Of a stretch of DNA of 64,000 bases, positions 14,118-25,100 are shown in pieces. Origin of the DNA: Phoronis australis (lineage: Eukaryota > Animalia > Phoronida); the NCBI GenBank assembly GCA_002633005.1, contig NMRA01000135.1:123115-187114 (forward strand). Reading direction: 5' to 3'. A program made the translations under genes and the position numbers. Under the pieces are notes generated by a model. That model made no database searches. It saw only the letters and a program-made list of their open reading frames with translations, and was not told the origin of the DNA. Numbering within the stretch: the first letter of the stretch is position 1; each line of letters begins with the position of its first letter.

Positions 14118-17078
14118 TACAGCATTGAAATGACATAACATACCTACAAAAATCCCACCAAAAATTTTAAAGTCTATGCCAACGTTAGCCTACACAAGTG
14201 ACCAATGGTCAACAGTCCAAGTGGCATCTTCGTTCAAGCCAAAGGCCAGAATACTGAATGAAACTGTAGATGTCTAGACACTGTTTAGAACAATCCTCAC
14301 AAACAGCCAGCTATGCAGACAGGAGGCAGGCTATAAGTAGCCATTAGGGCCTGCACACACTGCTTGCTGTCGACCACTGGAGCCAGAAAAAACACACACA
14401 TGTCGCTATGTGAAAGGGCTCATGTTTCATGTATTGTGTCAAGACAACCGTTGTCTAAGCATTGTCTGAGAACAGGACACAAAAGAATTTCAAACATTCA
14501 AAATGAAAAAGGATACTTTCATAATTAAACCGATATAACAATAACCACAGGAACATAGGCACCAGCCAAGCATTAAGTATCAACTGTTAGAATGAAATGA
14601 TTAAAGGAGACACAATTCATTGACAAAACATAATTCATAAACATAAGAACAAACTCCACTTTTTATCATTACAAAAATTAAAGATGATAATTTTTTGCTT
14701 ACAGTTATTTTGGGGAATAAGATATAAAAAAACAGAATCAGCCACAAATTTCATATTAAGACCTAAAGACACAATAACAAAGACAAATTATAATAATCAA
14801 TCACCATCAGGGACTAAAAATAACGACTTGAGAAAGCAATTTACAGACAATCTGCTCAATGAGAGCACCTGAACCCAAGCCTCCAAACCTTACACTTTCA
14901 TATAGTTTAGGCTTGGTTATTAGCGAGTTCAATAATCTATTGGAGAGTTTAAGCAAAACTGCACGTACTACATACAATAATTATGCTGGTAAATGACCAA
15001 ACTTGTACACTTTTTGGAAAGTTTGGTGAAAATGCCGTTTGAAAAGTTGGAATTGTGCACAGAAGAGCATTGTCCTACACGCATGCTTGAAAATTAAGAG
15101 CCAGTCAAAATTCAGGAAAATACGGTTGCATTGCAAAATGCCGATAATATGCACTCTGACACCAGCTTCTAAATTTCATTTTTAAGCGCCCATGCTCAGC
15201 TTAACACCCACCCTCATTTTCTTGAGTTCCCAAATGTAAGCATCCACTTGAGTACCTTCTGAAATGGTTTAATATAAAGTAAAAGTCCTCGGGAACGTGA
15301 GAACAGTATGGTAATGAAATGTTACATTAGCACTAATTGACACAAAATATATATTGGAAAAATGAGACGAATGTGCTGGTACTTGATGGTTTTTATCTTA
15401 CCGTAAGTATTACTTCTTTTGGCTTACCAAAATTGCGCTCAAGGTGAATATAATGAAGGAAAAATACAGCCTCGGGAAAATGCTGCATTCACCTGAGGTA
15501 CAGGTGTAACCAACACTTAAGTTATCCGTGATGATAGAGGTGAATAGAGTTACAACTTTGGACAGATGTAGTAGAGTAGTCATTCAAAAAATAGTTAAAG
15601 GACCTCAGGTGGTTATAACACTTAAGTTTAAATTTAACCATGTATCAACTTTAGATGAATGAAACATGCCTACATGTTGTGTTTACTACGGTCTAATAGC
15701 TTTAGCTATACACTCCAGCAAGAAATGGAGATTCACTTTAAAAAACAACAAAATACTAATTACAGGTCTTGAATGGTATACAAAATAATGGAGTCCATAG
15801 AGTCAATTGCATGTTTACCGTACATTTAACACGATAAACAATTATGTAATTAAATTTGTCTGCAATTCACCATTTTTCCAGGGCCTCTAACATTGCTGTG
15901 AATATCCACAATTTTTCAAAATATTTTCTGTTTCAAGCTATGATACAGAAGTTACAGAACTTATATGTAAAGCAAAGTATCATTCCGGTGCTGTACATCA
16001 TTTATGAAATTTAAGTTTCACCTGTTCGCCATATTGTGTTCTAAATTGGAGATTTTTTACCATATGCACAGAAATGGGATCAGGTGCAGAAATGCGCAAC
16101 AACAAAAACAACAACAACTATCTCACACAACAGAGTAATAAATGTCTGTCGCAATGCAACGTGCATGTAACATATACATCTAACTCGGCCTAACTCTCAG
16201 AGGATTGACGTCAACAATTGACAACAGACAGGTACATTTCAAAACTGTTCATTGAATTGTCCGATGTAAGGTTTGTGGATTTGGAGAAGTGATGGGAACC
16301 AGTTACTACCTATGAATAATCTACCAACAATTCAACGGATGTACAGGTAGACAGATCCCCTTCTGCATGTTTCCATTTGACTCCGAGCACTTTGAATGTA
16401 ATGACAGTTCACTATTAATTTCATTAAATGACTAATGAAACTCGTTGGAAAGAAGTCGCCATTCCCAGAATATTTCTTCAAACTTTTTAGATTTAAATAT
16501 ACCAACAGCCCTCCAATGCAGAATTCAACCATCGAAATACACTCATAACAAACTGATGGTATATCAAGGTTCCCGTTCCATAAATGTAATGCACTCGCCC
16601 AAGACTTCATGAGGTATCTGAATGCACTACAAGAGGAGCAGATGAGACGACAATCCGTCTATGTTTCAGGGAAAGCCACACTTGACTATTATTACCCTTT
16701 GGTACACATGCACAAGACAATTCAAAACAATCATCCCAAGTCTTTCAAGGCACTTACTGAAGATATGGTGCCATTATATAGTGGACCCTGCCTGGTTTTG
16801 AGAACCAGACAATGGGGCAGTAACAACAGATAACTCAAAACAACACCATACATTAGTTGTTTAGAAAATGAATGGTTTAACAATTTCTACGTCATTAAGT
16901 CCAGCCAGGCAATTGAATATTGCATGACTGTCACCACATTGAGTCACATAACACGAACAACAATAAACACAATCACGAATACACAAACATTCACTCATCC
17001 AAAACAGTCGTGGAGTTGGTTGTATTTTACCGGTAAATCGAGCTTGAAATGGGTAAATAAAGCGTAAGACTAACTTAC

Positions 17079-17200
17079 CATAAACACTGAATCCACACGT
17101 CAATACACGAATACCGTGACCACGTTGTAACTCGACTTGAGCAATGATTAACTGTCGTTATCTTGCTCGAATACTTCGCATTCCTCACATCAATTTATTC
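17079..17200 (-). promoter_or_regulatory. Putative first exon and promoter of an unidentified minus-strand gene
   Basis: A CpG-richer patch ends in ...gtttATG|GTAAGT (donor at 17078). The 1-17 kb region is A/C-rich on +, i.e. T/G-rich on -, like the sense strand of the THADA introns. Confidence 0.4.
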
Positions 17201-17701
17201 GCGTCAAAAGTTACCCCTTGCTGTGACCTCGCTTTCACTTGACCTTATACTCTCAAAACATTACACTTCACCTATTTTTGTCAGAGTTCACAATAATTTA
17301 CAATATTGCTTATACACCTCTACCTTTAAACTCAAAAACACATTTCTTTCTCATAAACTTCCCATTTTATGTTCAAATTTCATATCTATACTATGATATC
17401 TGAGGCTTTCTTTTAGACTATAATCTTTAATGGCTGCCCCCACGAAAGTTGCGTGTTTGCGATGAAATCAGAAAGTTTTTGGGACTCATGAAGTGTCTTG
17501 ATTTCAAAAAACTTGCATGAAAGTAGAGACGTTTGTATAAGCACTGGTAAGCAAAATTTTGACCTTCTTAATTTGAGAAATACACTAAGACCACGGCTCT
17601 ACATAACTTAGCCTTGCCCTTGCCTTGTACAAAGCTACCGTAGCCTTCGGCTTAGTTCAATCAATAACAAATAATATACATCAACGAGTAATATCATTAT
17701 A

Positions 17702-18771
17702 GTCTTAGTACACATACAGCTTTGCTTCGTTGTGGATAAAAACTGGCCAATTAAAACCCGACACACAAATAGTTTCATTAAAAGCTACAATCTTCCTATG
17801 AGTAAACTAAATTATTAACCGGTGACGGTGTTAATCTATGACTATACATATTACTCCCAGGCAGGGACTCATCTAGCGGCCGTCCTGGCCGTCCTTGGGA
17901 CGGCCCTTTTAAAAAAATGACGGCTTTGGACGGCACGGTCAAGACGGAAAAAAGACGGCCTGTTCCAAAACAACCCCGGCGAAAATGAAGGCTAAACGAA
18001 GAATTTTAACATTTATTATTAATAAATTTCATTGAAACCTACAGTTCATTGTTTAAGTTCGCTAAATATTAAGAAATAATTCGATGTTAGAAACTTTTGC
18101 CTTCTATTTTTACTATAAATGTCACAATGACGATCGGCAAATACTGGCAGCCATCTTTGGGGAATACCTTCCTATTCTGTGACGTCAAGGTGAGTTCATA
18201 CGGAATCCCCCGCACGACTAGTGTCTAGAAATATTGCTTCCAGCGCTAACTACCCGTACATGGACACTTAATCTTTGAAATTGAAGAACCCACACCCGAA
18301 GTTCAAAGGGTTTGCCGTAACCCTAATGCTAGTTGCCGACGCGGAAGTTGAAGCGGTACTCGATATATTCGACGGAGCAGCCAATTTGAAATAGCCGACG
18401 GAGAACGTACACTTCGAAAAAATGATACCCGACAAAATTCTAGCACTGACCTGCCGTACAAATGCCATCAATGTCGTTGAAACTGCAAACCAGATAAAAC
18501 TTAGCGCAAACTTTCTTAATTTGCTCGCATAGCTCCGTTGCCAATCGAACGAATGAATGAAAAAATATAAAAAAATCCGCACGGCCGAACAACTTAGTAT
18601 ATTGATGCGCGNGTCTTAGTACACATACAGCTTTGCTTCGTTGTGGATGAAAACTGGCCAATTAAAACCCGACACACAAATAGTTTCATTAAAAGCTACA
18701 ATCTTCCTATGAGTAAACTAAATTATTAACCGGTGACGGTGTTAATCTATGACTATACATATTACTCCCAG
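17702..18771. repeat. ~159-bp direct duplication (17702-17860 and 18613-18771) around N18612
   Basis: Near-identical gtcttagtacacatac...tactcccag blocks. The first runs into a transposon end and the second does not. Confidence 0.9.
17862..18611 (+). mobile_element. Left end of a hAT-like DNA transposon, truncated by the assembly gap
   Basis: Begins CAGGG, followed by a dense cluster of GACGGC/GCCGTC subterminal motifs (17878-17960). It is absent from the second copy of the flank. The other terminus is not visible and no transposase is recognisable. Confidence 0.6.
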
Positions 18772-19089
18772 CCCCAGGTGTTAATTGACGTTCTACTGTT
18801 ACTTTGCGGCTGAAGTTCTGGTGCGATCTTGTGCATCAGATTTCGGTGCCATGAAATATAGGGTCACCTATTGGCCAGTTTCTTTTTTGGCTGATGCTTC
18901 TGTTGTAGCTATTACTACACTTCAATGAACTGTTCTTCTTCCATGAGATTGCATACATGTCACAACAAACTGTCAGAACTGATTTCATTTTGGTACAAGT
19001 TTTTAGTTCTTGTATTTTAATACCAGCAAACTAAACTTCAGAATAAACTTTGCTGCTGTGAAGCTGCAATCATCTCCTGAGAGATGTCG

Positions 19090-19235
19090 CAAAAAGTTCG
19101 GGAATGGCATGTGCACGTGTCACGAGCATACTGTTTTCAAAATGGCGATAGACATTTCTTTGATTTTGTTGCAAAAGACATAAGAAAGTGATGTTTATTA
19201 GATCGTTTATCAATTTAACGGCTGTAACTGGCAAG
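19090..19235 (+). promoter_or_regulatory. THADA: Putative THADA-like promoter / first exon
   Basis: Contains a CACGTG E-box, a YY1-type CAAAATGGCG at 19138 and a strong donor AAG|GTGAGT at 19236. The ATG at 19191 gives 15 codons in frame with the exon starting at 22092. Confidence 0.5.
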
Positions 19236-19991
19236 GTGAGTGTCGGTTTAATTTCAGATTTTGCTTGCACCCCCACCGGTTGTTAACTCTAGATGATTAT
19301 ATAAGTTTCATAACGAGGTGACGATCAGAACTACCTCCAGGTGGTGTGAAATTTCCAGGTCTATTGAAGCTTAACATGCAGTGGTTCCTAGCTAGTATTT
19401 TGACTATTGTTTTCATGTAGCTAGCTGGCTGGCTACACATAACTAGGCAGGCATACATAGGGGATAGTACACCACATGAAAGGTTACTCATCTCAAAACG
19501 CAGAGAATAACATCGAATGAAACGTGCATATATACACATTGAGTTAATATCAGTTGCAGTTCACTCGAGCTTACCTCACCAAGTGCCATTTTGAGGAAGT
19601 TACTTGAAGTCATGCTTGTCGACCAACAAAAAACCCAGGGGACACAAATCATACAAATTGCACCGGATATATTCCCATGATACTTTTTGCAAGTGTCACG
19701 CTCAAGGTCACCCAATTCGCTCAGTCTCGCACTTGTCCTTGAAATACTTTGTGGTTATTGTGATACCTGTGGTTAAATTCCCAATTGGGGTTCCTGATTT
19801 TTCTGTGTTTATTTGATATATTTCATTACTGGCCAACCTCAGGGTCTATATATTTAATATCTAGTTAACACATACTGGTGAATTGCTGATTATATATATA
19901 ATTGTCCAAATCCCATGTGAAAAAGGCGAAACGTTGCTCATGGGATGTGTGAGTTAATAGTTGGCTGTAAACAGTAATTGCACAGATATCA

Positions 19992-20080
19992 GGTCCTCAG
20001 TAGCTCAGTGGTGAGAGCACTGGACCGACAATCTAGAGACCTGTGGTTCGATTCCTAGTTGGAGGTTCCTGATTTTTCTG
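19992..20080 (+). mobile_element. tRNA-derived SINE head / pseudo-tRNA
   Basis: A box TAGCTCAGTGG and B box GGTTCGATTCC, with poor cloverleaf stems. A partial second copy lies at ~19765-19808. Confidence 0.6.
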
Positions 20081-21182
20081 TGAGTGTTTTTTTAAGTGAC
20101 AATTTTAAGTGTAAAATGTATTTTTGACGAGTTGAAAACATCTTATTTGGTGAGCGGATTTAGCCTATTGCCCCTTTAAAATATATGGGATGAAATTAAC
20201 ATAGAGACTGATGGAGAGTTTTCTAGCCCCTAGATAGCCAGCTGAGGGGCTACGTGTTGCTTACCACAAAACAAGCTCATATTTGCGACCTGAAATGTGG
20301 AAACACGAGCTGAGATTTTGGCCAACTCGCTTTAGTCATATGTGTGTAACTTGAGAATTCTGTTGAATCTCCAAACCCAACACATCATGAATGCTATTAA
20401 TGCATCTTGGAATACTTGTAATGATACCTGACTCTGTTCGTAATCACATACTAAACGAAGAATAATCAAATACGGAAAAAATTATTGAAACGCAAAATGC
20501 AAATAATATTTTTGTAGCAAGTGTATTATGCTCATTACGGGTTTGATAAAAACACCAAAATTGTCTTGACTGAGTCTGTACATGCTGTGACTGTTACAGA
20601 AATACAACACAGGATACAACATACTGTACAAAGGACGTCCTGAGTATGATCAATCTCTCAGGTTGCACTCCCAATAAGTTAGGCAGATTTCTGACTCTCT
20701 TAACACTTGACGTTGATCTACTCTCTAGACAACAATCGATTGCTAATTTAGTCGTACACTTTCAACTGAAGCTCACTGTAACCACATCAGCTGTATACTA
20801 ACAGTACGGTTTAAATTCTTGAAACTTGTGGAATGGAATGTTATAAGTGAAGCGACATTTTGAATCAGGTTCCTGATAATGCTGAGATTCCAACAGTTTG
20901 TATTTTTATATTATTTTGATTCAGTGCATACGAATTTTGTGAGGTTTACATTCCTTACAGAAGTTCTCTTCTAGTGGGTCTCTTTTATTGAGACTGCGGT
21001 AGCTCTCTAAAATCTTGGGATTGTGCAGTCTGTTTGAAGTGGTGGTTATCCTACTTTTCTAGTGGCGCCCCCTCACATAATGCGTGCGAACCTCATTTTC
21101 AAGAACCTGCCAGAACCTATCAAAGACGTTCCTTGTAACCGAGGTTCGCTATATACCGAATCAACTTTTTAAAGAAAATAAA

Positions 21183-21523
21183 AAAGCACCCAAACATTTA
21201 CGCACACAAGTCAGGTATCAAAGTGTACTAACCTGTATTGTCGAGTGTGCAGTCTTACAAGCTGACAGTTTAAAATTTCGAATTTACCAACCCACGGATT
21301 TGAGTATTTAGACCAGTTTTCGAGCATTTATACACTCAAGCTATTGTTAGTGCACTCGTAAAATGGTCTAAAAGCATTTATACACTCAAGTTATTGTTAG
21401 TACACTCGAAAAATGGACTAAATGCTTAAATCTGTAGGTTGGTAAACTCGAAATTTATAAACTGTCCATTCGTATTTTTGTGCACTCGAGTAAGTGATTG
21501 TGCGCGTATATGTTTGGGTGCTT
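21183..21523. mobile_element. Foldback MITE with an internal ~50-bp tandem duplication
   Basis: aaagcacccaaacat pairs with atgtttgggtgcttt, and 21240-21325 pairs with 21405-21490. agcatttatacactcaag..aaatgg occurs twice (21323, 21373). Confidence 0.7.
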
Positions 21524-21564
21524 TGAAAACAATGGAATACAAAGTGATCTGGTTTCATGTGCTC

Positions 21565-21716
21565 ACCACTTTTCCGGTCACGTGCAACAAGTGCCTGTGC
21601 ATCTAGTGATGTGCACAAAGATGAAATTGTGGAGTATATCCGTTATCAAGTTTTAGACTTTTATGCGCTGGTTCGCTTTAAAGCTAGTGAAGTTACCTTC
21701 TGGGACGTGAAAATTG
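21565..21716 (+). promoter_or_regulatory. Possible alternative THADA-like promoter / 5' exon
   Basis: Adjacent ETS-like TTCCGG and E-box GTCACGTG at ~21572-21584, with a candidate donor TG|GTATGT at 21717. Confidence 0.3.
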
Positions 21717-22091
21717 GTATGTTATAACTGTGAACATTATATACATGTTTGTTAAAAAGGAAGAGTAGATAGAATATTTTGAATTGGAGACAAATGGGAC
21801 ACCGAATGGAACTTTATCAATGAGCAAATGTTGGGAACAGGGTTTTGTTGTAACGCGATTTGGAATTTAGTGAAATATGCCCTTTCCTTGAATGTTGGCC
21901 TTTCATCGAAGCACCGCCTTGACAATGAGGGGGGAGGGCGTCACATTGCTCTGTGTAGTTTTGCTCATCTGCAATAGTGCTATGTTAGTGTATTGAGGCA
22001 AGAAATGGCAATTCTTGCTCTCTGAAAGAATGTAAGGTGTTGCCATCTGGAATAACAAATGATGTGACGTGTGTTTTTTAAATGGTTACAG

Positions 22092-22180
22092 TTTGTCGTT
22101 GTGATGGAGTTGTTTAGTGATGTTGTTGACTTCTGCAAAGAATTAAACAGCCTGAATGCAGCTTGTCCGATGACGAAACA
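22092..22180 (+). CDS. THADA: THADA-like exon (ATG at 22104, MELFSDVVDFCKELNS...)
   Basis: tacAG acceptor and GTAAGT donor. Phase 2 matches the next exon. Confidence 0.7.
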
Positions 22181-25100
22181 GTAAGTTTAACATTAGTTTG
22201 TTGTAATGACTGCGGTGCCAGCAAAATTACACTTTTTTGATTTTCAATGTTTTCTAACGGTGTTGTGAATGCCCAGAATTTTTCAAAAATATTTTTCTGA
22301 TGGTAGCTGTGTTACCGAACTTGAAAAAGGTAAAGCGTTAATCTGAATTGATGCTGCATATCATTTGTGAAAAATGAGAAAATAAAATTTTACTAAATAA
22401 AATGTTACTTGTCCGCCATACTGTCCTTTATTGTTAAAATTTTACTGTAAATATTTCCCAGATATCTGGATTTAAAGTTGCTGTTGATTCACTCTGTCTG
22501 ACATCAAAATTGAGATAGTTCTGTAACACGGTAGCGAAGAATAGAAAAAATAGAAACCTTGTGGGCTAAGCTTATGTAGGGCCTTATTGACAAATTTGTA
22601 CACTTAGCCAAATATCTACTGAACTATAGATTTAAACTCTGTAAAAGTATGCATTTTCTGAAAGTAGAAAAACGAGATAAATCTCAAAAACCCTGTTACT
22701 GTAGTTTTCTAACATACCATGATTTTGTTTTCATTTCATGTAACTATTAATTTTTTTTCATAAAAATAATGGAAATTCTATTTTTTCATGGCCTCTCATG
22801 CAAAAGCGGAAAATTTTAAAATTGTTCCTTAAAAGCCTGGCATGGTATGTGAAAGTTTCATACCAATCCGATCAACCATTTATGAGTTATGACATTCTGA
22901 AGTGAATCACATTTGGACTTTCTTCTAGGGTCCTACTTGACCTTAAGTTGCCATCTTCGAAGTACTGTAAATCAAGTGTTTGAGGGGCTATCAATTAAGC
23001 CCCAAAGACAACCAATCAACTGTACCAAGTCCACAGAGTAAATTAAGATTGGCAATTTGCTATATCAAAATCTCCAAAACAATTTTTGTCTTTGAAAATA
23101 GAGATTGTTAAAGATGATGGTTTGTGTTATGTTTATAGTTCAGTGTAGATTTACTGGGCACGGTACTTTTTTCTTGTATTGTGAAACAGGGCTTGCTGTA
23201 ATGATGGTGTCAAAATTCATGCTCAAGAAGAACAGCTAGCTAGTCAAATGAAGAAAATGAAAGCGCTGAAATCACATAGTCAGCTGGATGACCGAACTGT
23301 TCTGTCCATCAGCCAGATACTGCTGGACACGTTTTATGCAGTAGAAATGCCAGTTAGAGTAATGAAGGTCTTTTCCAAGGTAAGAATAATTCTAATGGTA
23401 TGTGCTTGGTTAACCCTGTTGTTGTTTTTGTACTAGAAGCTGTATGGGCGAAACTGCTTACTTGGAAGAAAGTGCTCTCAGAGAGTTTGAGATATGTATT
23501 ATAGATGACTATTGTCGTGTTGCATTAGAAGTTGAAGCATCTGAGTGAGTAATTCTCAAGTAATTTTAGGGACAGACAGTAAAGTTTTGTAGTCACTAGC
23601 CATGATTCATCGTATCAAACAATTCCATGTCATGTTACTTCTGTGACCACAACCCTTTTGAATCTATGTCTTTCTGCAAAGTTCACGTCTTGTAGTCTGT
23701 TTTCTGTCCATACTTCTTCACTCGCAACATTCCACCTCGTACTTACTATGTTCTTTCCTGTGAATTAGCATGTGGAATTATAGTCTGGGAGTGTAAGTGA
23801 GATCAGTTCTTGTAAAATACAAATAGTTTCCTAAGCTCAGCAAGGGTGTGCAAAGTAATGAGATAAGGCGAATTTCATTGGTCCTCAGAAAATACAAAAA
23901 TTTCTGTGTAGAGGTGAAAAATTTGAACAGTTACAAAATAAAACAAAAAAACTAATATCACAGAAGGAAGAATAAATTAGTTACTATGTGTTAGTAGCCA
24001 GCACACCCACTGAGGGCAGTCAATATTTCTAAGCAAACAGCAAGTCGTTGGGGTATTACATGTGATTTCACATCTGCACCCATGAAGCTAGTGATGTTAA
24101 GACAAGGCTTGCCTAATGAAATAACTTAAGAAGTTTCAAATCAGTCGGAATAGCATGTGCAACTCAAACAGGGCTCAACATAGTGAATAAATGCTCAAGT
24201 AGAATATTGGCCTCACTCGTACAGGTGTGGAGCCAATGTCCAGCATTTTTTGTTTTGATCGCTACTTTTTATAAGCCAAATTTCAGAATTTGAGTTGCAA
24301 ATAATATGCTTTCCTTCGTATTTTCAGGGAAACACATTTTCACCTGTGTTGAGAGCTGTTGTAGTCCCAGAAACCCCTAAGAATGGAACTAGGCCACTTA
24401 TGTTGTGATGTTTATTAAATTAATTTTTGTTTGCAGATTTTGTTGCTGTTTGAAAATGACCTGTGGGGTGGTGACAGATTCATTAAAGTTTTGCATGAAA
24501 AGATTTCTGTGCTGTCGTCCAAGGGCTGGAGTGGGATTTCTCTTCACAGATGTAAGCCTCCTTTTAATTTGCGGTTGACTCTAGTCGCTAGTCCTAGACC
24601 TTGTTCTTTGGCAACTCAGACTAAAATTAACTGCTAAGTTCTAAGGATCAAAGGATATTGCCGTCAACTCCTTTTAGGTGTCATCGGCTGCAGCTGTGTC
24701 TCCTAAACCCTTTGCAGGATCTTCATGAAAGTTGACTAATGTGCTTCTATGTAGCTTAGGACAAATGTCGGTGACTTTTTGACAGATCCAAGTATTGCTG
24801 TGCCCTTTAGTGGCAATTCTAGTTTTTTGCATTTGCCTCAGTATCTTTGGAGTTCCTTGCGTTGCCTAATTGCCATTTCAAGTGTACTTTGTAAACCGGT
24901 CGAAAGATCAGTATGGAAATTATCGAATTCATTCCTACTGAGAAGAGCACTGCTAATGCTGATTTTCGGCTGGGTCGATGTACTGTGGTGCCCGTTAGTG
25001 GCAAATTTATTTTTTGTTGCCTCTGGCTTTATATTTACCATGTTCTTCAGTGTATCTTCTTGAAATTTGGTAGATGTGTTAATGTTAGGGAAAGTACGAA

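Noticed and set aside
329-17103. Short ORFs in the first 17 kb as genes
   Set aside because: No domain motifs, composition typical of AT-rich non-coding DNA, and no phase-consistent exon chain.
18268-18661. Transposase ORF inside the hAT-like element
   Set aside because: The frames are short or interrupted and I recognised no BED or DDE motif.
19992-20080. Functional tRNA genes here and at 38809 and 50400
   Set aside because: A and B boxes are present, but the acceptor, anticodon or T stems do not pair properly.
23700-23800. miR-1 precursor gene
   Set aside because: The mature sequence is not contiguous on either strand and no matching hairpin arm is present. Kept only as a possible target-like site.
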